DNA from: Phoronis australis
Lineage: Eukaryota > Animalia > Phoronida
NCBI GenBank assembly: GCA_002633005.1
Contig: NMRA01000311.1
Span: 324,531 to 388,530, forward strand
Reading direction: 5' to 3'
Length of the DNA: 64,000 nt
Position numbers and translations under genes: made by a program. A model generated the notes under the pieces. It ran no database searches and was not told where the DNA came from. It worked only from the letters and a program-made list of their open reading frames with translations. Positions 13,107-24,325 of the stretch are shown one piece after another. Numbering within the stretch: position 1 is the first letter of the stretch; each line of letters starts with the position of its first letter.

Positions 13107-14842
13107 ATGGAACTCAAGTCGCACATTTTGTTTGTTTTCATCACGATTTTGAAGTTCGGTACAACAGTGGGTGAAAGACAGGTATGTTCTGGGAATTACA
13201 CAATTAGTTGTAAACACAAATGGTGTTTTACTCGAACTTTCACATGTAGCCTAGTCGTCGCTTCCTTTCAAGTTGTACACAAGTCAGCAACAAGATTTTG
13301 AATCCGCGTAGGACCTTATCGACAAGTCTCTATTTAGCCAAATATCTATACAAAACTACAGCTTTGACTCGGTAAACTTAAAGTATACATTTTCGGAAAG
13401 TAGAAAACTTGTGGAATTCGATTTACCCATGGGCAATCTGTCGTTGACCGGGTCACGTGACCATGTAAACTTTAAAAAAAGAGACATTGGAGGCAAAGCA
13501 GCGGTATAATGTGACCAAATTCAATTTGATATAAATTTTCAAGATATGTCCAAAACGCAGTTATCGGTTATTTGTGCAACGCTTAAGTTTTTTTTTCAAT
13601 AATTAAGACAACCCTCATGCAAAAGTGGAGCATTTTAAAAAGAATGTCTAACTACGTTTTCGAGAACGCTGCATAAAGGACGGCATCTGAAAGTTTCAAA
13701 TGAAGCAGTTCACCCATTTCTGAGATACGTGTTCCGAAATTATTCATTTTTCTATGACCCCTGCATAACCTGCTTAAAACATTTGTATCAGTTCATTCTG
13801 ATTCTTACCAACATCAAATTTTGCAAGTTTTTCATCTCTGAAGGTTAGCAAACGATACTTGATCTGATTATTAAAGATGAACAAGCGTATAATCTGGAAG
13901 GTGATTCGAACCTTCGTGAAAACTTTTCATTTGAAATTTCACTTGCCGACAAGGATGAAAAGGGAGTTAGTGGATGGCTTCAGCTGGACATAAAATACAC
14001 TGATAAGAGCAAAATTTTAAATGAAATTTCTCCTACAATGCACGATGGTTATAAGCAATTGGTTCACGCAGGATGGTGCGAAGAATGTGCTATCAACAAG
14101 ACACGATCACTTTGATCGCCCTCTGCAAGTGAAGTTGAAGAATCGCCACGAGAGGTCGACGTCATCGCCGGTCATTTTCATGGTTAAAGATGGTAGTGTT
14201 ACTCGAGCTCAAAATCTCATAAATGTGAGTTCCCTTGGCATTGTCAAGACGCTGGTGAAAAACAGCACGGTGTTAAAAATGTCTGACTTTATTCCGCAAA
14301 TGAAATGAGATCTTGTTTCGGGATACATACATAGAGTACAACGGATGTTTCCGATTGTTGTCGGTCGTTTTCCAAATAATTCTATCAGGGCCCAGTTGCA
14401 TAAAAGTTACACGCCGTATAGCAACAATGACGTCGCATTATCACGCGCCACGTTGTTAGTGTTGAACAATTCACCTGACGTCATGTAACAATCAAACTTA
14501 TCCAGCGGATAACGTTTGAAGCTTTATGCAACTCAGCCCAGACGATTTAATAATCGAACAACGACGTCTTTTAATAAATTTAGAAGATGCGTCACGCGAA
14601 AATAGGCGTGAATAGTTAACAGTTTACAAGTGTTCGTCGATCATGTTAAATTAAAAGCATAAAATTTAATTTGGAATTTAAAAATGTGCAACTATACATA
14701 CTACCAAAAAGTTCTACATTTTTACAACATTACTCTAACTTACAAGTGTTTGACCCATAATACCGTGTGCCCGACGGAAAGCCTTGCAAAAACCATGAAC
14801 TCAATGGTTTCGCAAACCAAACACGTGTGTATGTGTGTGTGT

Positions 14843-14884
<42 letters not shown>

Positions 14885-17800
14885 GTGTACGTGATAGCAT
14901 AAAGAAACGTGTTCTGATGTTTTGTTTCTTTTTATCTCAATTGCACAGCTAACAATACCGGAGAAACGCCGCGGGAGTGAGGACAAAGGCCTGACAGTGT
15001 TATTCGGGGCATATGACGAGGACAGAGGTGACACTGTGACACCTTGGGCTACATCCAATATGGCTCAGCATGGCGATGTGTTCTTAGATCTGCAGTCAAA
15101 CACAGCACCAACTTGCACTGACGATAAATCTATAACAAACCCGGAAGTGTATATCCGTCGCCATCTTGTTCCATGTGATGTCCTGCCCAGTAGGAAGTCG
15201 GCGGAGAGGCTCTCTTGGTATACCGGACTGCTTAGCTATGCGCCGACGGAAGGTTTTCATGGGAACGATTCTTTTGATATTCTGATAAAAGATAACTTTG
15301 GGGGAAACGAAGAGTTGATTACCTTTGCCCTACATGTTGTGGCGTATCCGTGTGAGAACGGGGCAATTTGTAAAGGTACGTCTTCACTGCAATCGTTTAA
15401 TAATAAAATCGGCGGCGGCAGCAGGAGTGGCGGCGGCAACAGCAGCGGCGGCAGCAGCAGCAGCGGCGGCAGCAGACTGAGCAATAGCCAGCCAGCTAGC
15501 TGTATGAAGACCATCGTCAAAATATATTTAGTATACGAGCTTTGTACCAAGGCTAACCGTGACTGAGCAATGAGTCTTTTCTGAGTAACGCAGATGAAGA
15601 TAAAGACAGTATTTTACGACAATGCAAACGTAAGAATATCTACACTGTAACCTAAACGTCCTAGTTTAACATTATCATATTTCATGAAAATTTTCAAATA
15701 GTAAGTCCAGTACGTCTCCTTTTGATTTAGACCACTTACTGTTACAAAGTCGGCCTCATCTTGTTAATTGTTCAGACTGAGGGTAATTTATAGTTTTCAG
15801 AAGAACTACAACTTATCCAGCGGTCTTTAAAAATGTAACAGATAAATGAACTTATTACTGTTGCACCGAACAAGATACGATGTAAGTAACAAGGTTTTTC
15901 TGACTCATTCTTTCTAAAAAATATCAAAAAGTCACATTTCAATAAAATATGTGACGTACCAAATTGACTTCTCATTTCAGGGATCGACAATAATGATATC
16001 GCTTGTACCAGCCTGTTAAGAACTAAAGGCTTCTTTGACCAAGGTTACGAGTGTGAGTGTCCCCCCGGATTCAGGGGCAAGACGTGCGAGGAAGATATTG
16101 ACGACTGTTACTCCAGTCCCTGCAGCGCCCCCTATCAATGCTACGATATGATCGATGGATACAGGTTAGTCCAACTGCTTAGTCTTAGAGTCCATTTATC
16201 AAAGATCGCAAAAACGGCCGTAGCTAGAACCATTGAATGTTAGGTGATTATTTCCAGAGAATTCGGTTGAGATGTTCATTTTTTATAGACGTATCTTTCT
16301 TTTTTCCTGAATTTCACCCGAAAACACATGGTCATGTGACCCAATTAATGACAGATTGACAAAAAAATTAAATTCCTCTGGTATCCTACTTTCAGANTTT
16401 CATGAAAATTTTCAAATAGTCATAAGCCCAGTACGTCTCCTTTTGATTTAGACCACTTACTGTTACAAAGTCGGCCTCATCTTGTTAATTATTCAGACTG
16501 AGGGTAACTTATAGTTTTCAGAAGAACTACAACTTATCCAGCGGTCTTTAAAAATGTAACAGATAAATGAACTTATTACTGTTGCACCGAACAAGATACG
16601 ATGTAAGTAACAAGGTTTTTCTGACCCATTCTTTCTAAAAAATATCAAAAAGTCACATTTCAATAAAATATGTGACGTACCAAATTGACTTCTCATTTCA
16701 GGGATCGACAATAATGATATCGCTTGTACCAGCCTGTTAAGAACTAAAGGCTTCTTTGACCAAGGTTACGAGTGTGAGTGTCCCCCCGGATTCAGGGGCA
16801 AGACGTGCGAGGAAGATATTGACGACTGTTACTCCAGTCCCTGCAGCGCCCCCTATCAATGCTACGATATGATCGATGGATACAGGTTAGTCCAACTGCT
16901 TAGTCTTAGAGTCCATTTATCAAAGATCGCAAAAACGGCCGTAGCTAGAACCATTGAATGTTAGGTGATTATTTCCAGAGAATTCGGTTGAGATGTTCAT
17001 TTTTTATAGACGTATCTTTCTTTTTTCCTGAATTTCACCCGAAAACACATGGTCATGTGACCCAATTAATGACAGATTGACAAAAAAATTAAATTCCTCT
17101 GGTATCCTACTTTCAGAGCATATACGCTTGTGTGGAGTTAAAATCTATAGTTTTCTGCATGTAAGTATTTGGCTAAACACAAATACTTGCCAGTAGGGTC
17201 GCACATAGCAATAAGCGTATATCTCACCCTTGCTTCGGCCAGACGCCTTTTCTTTCTCACAAGAATTCTACATCTGAATCGGTAGACAAGCTGCCGGTAT
17301 CAGGGGCTCGTTTTATGAAATAAGATAACCTATCTCCTACTTTATGTCAATCGCTTTTCGAATTAGACTATAAAGAAGATTCTTAAGTGTGTTTATCGTG
17401 ACCCCCGACCTGTTGACAGATAAAATAATTTTAACATAGTCGTCTTCAGTTGGACATTCACGGTCTAAATAATGTTCCATTCATGCACCGACGATACAAG
17501 GTGCGTTACAATCTCGGTTTACAAAGATTTGGCATGATGTTGTTCATTGACAACAGATGGCATCTTATGATGCACATGTGTGCTCAAAATGCAAAATTTC
17601 CAAAAACCCACCACTGTAACAACACTTTAAGATAGGCAAGGCATCAACACATCGAACTTGAGAGTGTTCATTTTTCTAGTTGTGTGTGCCCGAGTAATCA
17701 CAACAACTGCGGAACGGTATTAAAGAAATGGGAAACAGCAGCGCTCGTGGCGGGCATTGGACTGCTGGCGTCACTCTCTGCTATACTTGTGGTGGTCATA

Positions 17801-19057
17801 CTGTCCATGTGTCGACGGCGAAGGTAGGTCGACATCACTCATACACGTTTTACAAACATAAAACCAGCACTTTCTACAAAGTTGGATTTGAAATTTTCCT
17901 CAACACGACGGCATCGGTTTTAACTTTCAGTTACACTGGGAGATTGATAACTGAATATTGAATTGGAGGCTTCAATTCATTCGCAGAGAAGGGCATACGT
18001 TTTCCTTTCCAATCAGCATATCAGACCGGCCTTTAATCATCCCAGACAGACATCCTTAGACAACACGATATAGAGTTCACAATTTCCATTGTTCGTTTGA
18101 ACGGATAATCTGAAATTTCTGGTGCCCTATGAAAAAATCAATGATGTGACTATAATTATTTTTGTCCACACAGTAGGTAGTCATCATGGATATACGAGTT
18201 ATAGGCGATTTATGACACTTCATAGTATTTAAGACCAAATTTGAAAACGGCCGAGACTCTTCAATTTGGAATTGAAGGCATTCAGTTATCGTAAAAAAAT
18301 CAATACAGCAGCTTGATCATAGACTAGTGCTAAGAATAAGTTTTCTTGTCTAGTTTAATCTTAATCTACTTGATCAGCAAAAAGGTTTAAAAAGTTCCAT
18401 TTACAAAATGTTAGAAAAGTTATGGTCTCCGCCTATCGTAAGAGTAACTCAGATCTAAAAACATAATTGAAATGTGTACGTAGGAAATGTACTTTAGACT
18501 CGTTGAAAGACGCCGGTAAATTACAGGTCAAATTTATTTTTAATTTTAGGCGGAGAAATTCTGTCAAGGATATCGAGTCCGTTATTCCGTTGAAGAACTT
18601 GTCAAAAACTGTGGATAATAGACCACGACATTCATATGCCAGACAAAAAGCGGAAAATGGAGCAAAATGTCATAAAGGAGACAAAGCGAAACAAATTGCT
18701 CCGCGAAGAAGTCACAACAAGGACAAGTCGGCTTCAATTACCGACCAAATGCGAAACATGAAGGAAAAACACCCCCTTGAGGCTTCAGACGACGATGACA
18801 CAAGAAGTGAAGCGTCATACGGTGAGAGTTCTCGCAGCGTTACCGGAAGTTGGTCACCACCTCTAGCAGTTATCAATAGTAATGTTGGGTTACATAGGAA
18901 CCACAAACGGAAACGGGACGTTGGCCATGAAGAGGATGAAGAAGATAAAAGGAGACGAGCCCGTAACGACAGAGACGTCAAAGTTTCCATGGACAGTACT
19001 GTCATGTACAGAAAAGGATGGGCTATGTTCACAAACAAAATTAACTTAAACGCCTGA
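13107..19057 (+). CDS. Uncharacterised single-pass type-I membrane protein: signal peptide, cadherin/Ig-like motif, EGF-like repeats, TM helix, charged cytoplasmic tail
   Basis: Exons 13107-13181 (MELKSHILFVFITILKFGTTVG signal-like), 13849-13965 and 14072-14224 (both less certain), 14949-15375 (AYDEDRG; YAPTEGFHGNDSFDILIKDNFGG; PCENGAIC), 15981-16164 or its duplicate 16702-16885 (YECECPPGFRGKTCEEDIDDCYSSPC), 17680-17823 (TM AALVAGIGLLASLSAILVVVILSMC-RRRR), 18550-19057. Phases are compatible. AATAAA near 19147. Confidence 0.8.
14388..14540. mobile_element. Short MITE
   Basis: Ends gggcccagttgcataaaag ... gctttatgcaactcagccc. Confidence 0.5.
14825..14888. repeat. (GT)n microsatellite
   Basis: Read directly from the sequence. 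Confidence 0.95.
15680..17117. repeat. ~720-bp tandem duplication containing the EGF exon, split by a single N
   Basis: 15680-16396 and 16398-17117 are near-identical, with N at 16397 and only a few intronic differences. Confidence 0.95.
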
Positions 19058-21603
19058 AGGCTAGGACACCACTATAGTCCCCACTGGACAATCTTTGCAC
19101 ATCTCGATCAGACAAAAGCATGCAATTAACATACCCAGAATTGTACAATAAAACTTCATTGACTTCCTCAGTTTCAAACTGCTGGTTTATGACCCTTAGT
19201 GACTGACTCATTATGTTGCCAGCAGAAGTAATGACTCATACTAGCTGTCTACTTTCTACTTTTAACACATTTCCTGTGCGATTATCAAAACTCGAAAACC
19301 TAGCCACGCGTGCTTTTCACGTGAACTATTCAAATACGCCATTTAAAAACTTTCACAATGGAAAATTGATAAACGCTATTGTCACGCCCCGCTTAATTAC
19401 AACCACCGTGTTTGCATGGGCAATTTCGAACCCGAGTGATTAACTCAAGTTAGTCTCCAGAGAACGGTACTATCAGCTGGAGCTGCATTGTTCCTTTGAA
19501 GATAGCGGCGGATTTTAAGGTTAACGAATCGGTCACGTTACCCAGACACGACAGGTGAGGGTGTCAGCGAAGGATTCTTTTCAGTCGTGATTATCTAAAG
19601 CGGCTTATTAAGTAAAGTGAGCACATTTTAAAATAAGTACACACCAAAACCAACTGTTTCTTTATGGCTTTATATCATGCTTGGGATCCGGCGGCATGTT
19701 CATCGCCACCACACTACTTTGGTGTTCATGCCCTTTGCAAGGATTGTTCTAAACCCCCTCGAACCCCAAGCCCCACGACCGACGGCCCACAACCCCCTCG
19801 ACCCAGTCTACACAAGTTCGACTCTATCTGAACATAGAACATTAGCGCCGACTTGCAGGACCAACAGGAGTCAGGCCGTGGGTTCGTCTGGCTTTTCCCC
19901 GTTTTTGCAATGAAGAGAGTCGATTCGGCAACTTTGAAGCCAAAAACGGAAAAAATACGCGACCAAATCAAATCAAAGACCTAACACTTTACACATCGTC
20001 TCGTTCCCGGCAGAGGGTAATCGTCTCGTCTGCTCTTCAGTGAGTGGTAGATTCAAGCTATTTTCTGGAGAGTGCGAGAAGGCTACAAATATTAATTTCT
20101 TCAGTAAATACAGTTTCATTGAAAATGTTAACTAAACAAGCATCTCAAAAGTTACAATCATGTAGTATATTGTAAATGAGTAAAAGACAGAAAACAAATA
20201 ATAAAAATGTGACCGTTCTCTCCCTAAGTTTAGTAGAACCTTAGAAGAACAGGCCCATTGGTAGTCGCTCGTGCAACTATTTCAGTGACAACGATAATAA
20301 TTCGCCATTTCAGATCATGTTCTTACCCCAATTTTGTTTTTAACCACCAGTCTTGAGCCAGAGCAGATTCGCGTGTAGGTAAGGCTATGTCACTCAGCGA
20401 TGCAGATTCATCTATTGACATAGGTCGTGGGTCGACATGGTAGTGGGGTGTGTGTGTCTGTGGGGGGGGGGGGTGGGTTTACACAATCCCATTTACGCAC
20501 CGCAGTACAACGCTACACTGTATAAGTAATGAGGCATTAAACTGAGTCAACCCTTCTTGGAACCCGAATTGTGGGTTTTTAGCTAACTTTTATCCCGTAC
20601 TTTAGTCTCAGTTGCTTGATTTTATTGTTTTTTCTAGTTGATCAAGCACTTAAAAAGCAGTTTCGCAAATATTCAAGAAAAGAAGGACAAATCCTCCAGT
20701 TGAAAAATAAAATTACCACTAGGGTACTCAGTCCGTGAGATTGTGTTGGCTGGTGATGACCTCTCCTAGGGAACATCACCGAGCCATGAGGATCAGGAAC
20801 TGAGTTGATCTATAGATAAAACACCAGGATGCCCAGACATAGTTATAAGGTAAATATTTGGGGCACCGATAATCCAGCAGAAATTTTCTTGATACTGAAG
20901 ATTGGGACATGGGCGATTTTGGCGTTAAATACATTTGTCAGATTTCAGCTCTATACAAAAATTTGTCACCGTGGAGTGTTAAATAGACTTGGCAGTTAAT
21001 AAAAGCATCAGAAATAGCCACCAACGTAATGTTTTCATGGGTCCACATGGTCTGAAGTCACTGATTGTGAAAAATAGGCAAGCTCTTTTTAATGGCAACT
21101 TACAGTAAGACATGCTACCCGATGTTCACATAAGGGGTTTGTGAGCTCCATCTATTTATGGTTTCAAGTTGAAATTATTTTTAGCAAGGCTACTTGTCGC
21201 CGCGAAAGTCGAATCGCAGTAGTAAAAATGCCTCCACATAAACCTTAAGTTTGGTAACATTGCTTCTTCCAAAGATTTGGTGTTGAAAATCTGACAGAAT
21301 GTGTTGCGAAGTGACATAAGTTCATTGCGTTGGAGTTGGAACCATAAAACTTTGTGACTGGAGTTTAACCCATAAACCAACTGTCCATCCGTAGACAAAG
21401 AGAACAATACAAGCAATGAAATTCAACACCAATGTTTTGATTTCTGATCAATTCGAACCCAACAAACTTCAGATGGTAAACGATGCATCCTTGTAGATTT
21501 TCAACACAACATATTACCATATGCTTAAATGAGTATACAATAAAGACTACAACTTTACAAAAGCATGAGGATCACGCGTTTTCCTTCCGCCATAGATTAC
21601 GAA

Positions 21604-22640
21604 AATAAGATGTTGACTTTTTGGCAAACCTGCACAACTGCCAGAAGCTTTGTATAGACAGATTCCATTACGGAAACTGCCGAAATCCTTGGGAGCGCCA
21701 TATTGAGCTGGTCACGCCATTACAGGCATGATGCTAGACTAAACATTGGAGTCAGTACAGCCTGTCTGTAAAACGAGCCTTCTGAGCTGGTGTGCCTGCT
21801 CGTGTTTTGTATTTAGTACAGATCAGTTGATTTGAAATCATTGATGGGGGGGTGAAACCTAAAGCCAGTACAAATCACACAATACTGCAAAGTATATGGA
21901 TGCAATTGCACCAAAAATGGGTACACCATGTGTATCTAAGCATTTGGGGGGCAAGGGTAGTGACAAATACATTGTTCAAATAATCTGGACAAAGTAATGG
22001 CAGATAGAGGTTTTACTATTGATGAATTCCTACGACGAGTTACGTTAAACATACCAGCTTTCACCAAAGGCAAGTCACACCTTAGTAAAAAAGGTCTGAC
22101 AAAAACATCTATGGCGCATTTCCACAGTAAGAATCCATTTGCAGCGAGCAATACGGAGACTTAAAAGTTTTCAAATTTTTGAGTACCAGTATTCTAGTGT
22201 AAAGCACAGAATCCGTGGATAACTACTTGATTTTCTGTGCTGCATGTGAACCTACGTGCTGATCTAATCAGAGATCAAAATTTGGAAGACATGGACTAAC
22301 GTCCGGAGTTTTTAAGTTGCCCATTCCAAGTGGTAACATGTACTGTTTCAAGAAATTTCTGAAAGTAAAATGCACGCAACCGTCCAACAGTTTGCTCAAC
22401 AAAGCTTTCACTGTGTAGCACATCTACATCATAATAAAGTCATTGTCACGAACTTTAAAATTAGCGCCTACGTAAATAAAGGTGGTACTTCTGTTTTGAC
22501 CAACAAATGTGATCAAGGTCATTGTCAGTTGTGTACAGAACTAGTTTTGCTTTCTTAAGTCCAGTACAAAACATGGTTGTTGATACCATTTTTTAACTGG
22601 ACTGCTTGATGTGGGTATCACCAGGACAGTAATGTGGTGC
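21604..22640. mobile_element. Decayed PIF/Harbinger (ISL2EU-type) transposon: THAP + DDE transposase remnant (+) with convergent YqaJ-like exonuclease remnant (-)
   Basis: Plus strand 21950-22180 gives, across frameshifts, GG..SDK, DKVMADRGFTIDE, LNIPAFTKGK and VRIHLQRAIRRLKSFQI (DDE_Tnp_4 motifs). Minus strand gives KWYQQ, TMFCTGLKKAKLVLYT and ESFVEQTVGRLRAFYFQKFL. Termini not found. Confidence 0.65.
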
Positions 22641-23423
22641 ATTGAAGTGAACTAAGTGACTCACGAAATCAATCTTAATAGCAGTTGTTAAGATTGTTTT
22701 AGTGATTCACTAAGTTCAACTAATGGAGATCATACGAAATTCATCACAATGTTGCAATATTAGGAAATGGTTATTTGGCTCTGGGATGTTTCTGTGAACT
22801 CTGTGTCATCCTGTTAAGAACGTGTGTGGATAGATTCCAGGGCACTGTTCAGCCTCAAGAAAGTAAACGAATCATAAGTAAGTACATGACCAACGCTGGA
22901 GCAGATCCATTTGAAATAATTAAAACCCAACTTAGAATAATAAACAAACAACAAATTCGTGTCAGATCACATATTTAATAAAACACTGACCTTATACAAC
23001 CCAGGAATATGACTTAGAATAGCTCACTACCATGCTGAACTGCTGTGCTGTTTATGTTTCGAGCATTCGTGTAATGGCTGACTTTTGTATGCGAAGCCTG
23101 TGGCTGTTATGTAAACTATAGTACGAAGTTACACGATCTCTGTCTATAAGCAAGCTTCATGCCAAAGTCGCCTGAATAATTTGCGAATTTGGCGCATCAA
23201 AATGCGTTTTAAGAATTGCAAAGAGTAGTTTAGAAAAACAGTTATCACTTCATACAATAATTGCACTTTTCAAAAAACAGATTTCCCTAAATTACTAATA
23301 ACTATACCGAAGCATATTAATCTGACCAAAACTTTTGACCATTTTAAAAAGTAATTTAGTTCAAAGTACCAAAGCCCCATTTCACATTAACAAATAGGCT
23401 TCTTTTGAAAAAATGCCTAATTT

Positions 23424-23790
23424 AAAGTGGCGAAAAGTGACGTATGAGAGGACGAAAAGTGACGTATGAGAAGACGAAAAGATATAAGAGGGGGAAAAAT
23501 GGATTATGAGAGGGCGAATTGACATACATGTATCAGAGGGCGAAGTGATGTATGACAGGGCGAAAAGTGAGATATGAGAAGGCAAAAATGGGGTGAGAAG
23601 GCGAAAAGTGACCTATGTGAGGGCGGAAACTGGAGTAGAGAGGGTGAATAGTGAGCTATGAGAGGGCCAAAAGTGGGATATGAGAGGGCAAAAATGGGGT
23701 ATGAGAGGGTGAAAGTGGGGTATGAGAGGGAGAAAAATGGGGTATTAGAGGGTGAATAGTGGGGTATGAGAGGGCGAAAAATGGGGTATG
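23424..23790. repeat. ~21-bp degenerate minisatellite
   Basis: Units like gtatgagagggcgaaaagtg(g/a), about 17 copies. Confidence 0.85.
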
Positions 23791-24325
23791 CCAGCACCTG
23801 TAGCCACCGCATTATTCTAAAAACCCGAGGTTGCAGATTAGTCACTGATAAATAAGCTTCTGCAAGCAATTAAGATTTTTAGTGCAACTCTGTAATTAAC
23901 TTTTATTTCTTTTAAATGTTTCATGCCCAAAATACAGTTTCTCACAAAATAATAATACTACAGTGAAAGTTACAAACATTTCTTTAGACATTGATGATCT
24001 CTTGCAAATCTTATACCTTAAGGCCAGCTGTAACTGTGGCACCACGCCTGCTGACAAGAGTGGTTGATACAGTAACTCACACTTTCCACAGTCTCTCTCT
24101 AGTATGTGCTTTAGTTTACCTCTCTCAAAGACTTGCGCACTTATCCAGTAATTCAGCCTCTTGCACAAATCAATGTGAAAGGACTTTATTGGCGAGGTTT
24201 GTTGTCTATTTTTGCACCATCAGGATAAAGTTCAACAATATTTTTGTGTAAGAAGGCATGATCAGAATGCAACTCCACAATAAGTCAGAAAAATTGTGTG
24301 GAATAAATTATGTTACATGATACTC

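Noticed and set aside
14066-14090. Thioredoxin-like WCEEC motif, or selenocysteine at TGA 14113
   Set aside because: There is no thioredoxin context, readthrough meets TAA shortly after, and no SECIS was recognised.
15772-16711. Twin 72-aa minus-strand ORFs
   Set aside because: They are antisense intronic sequence within the duplicated block.
23424-23790. CRISPR-like array
   Set aside because: The units are contiguous and degenerate with no unique spacers, there are no cas genes, and the context is eukaryotic.
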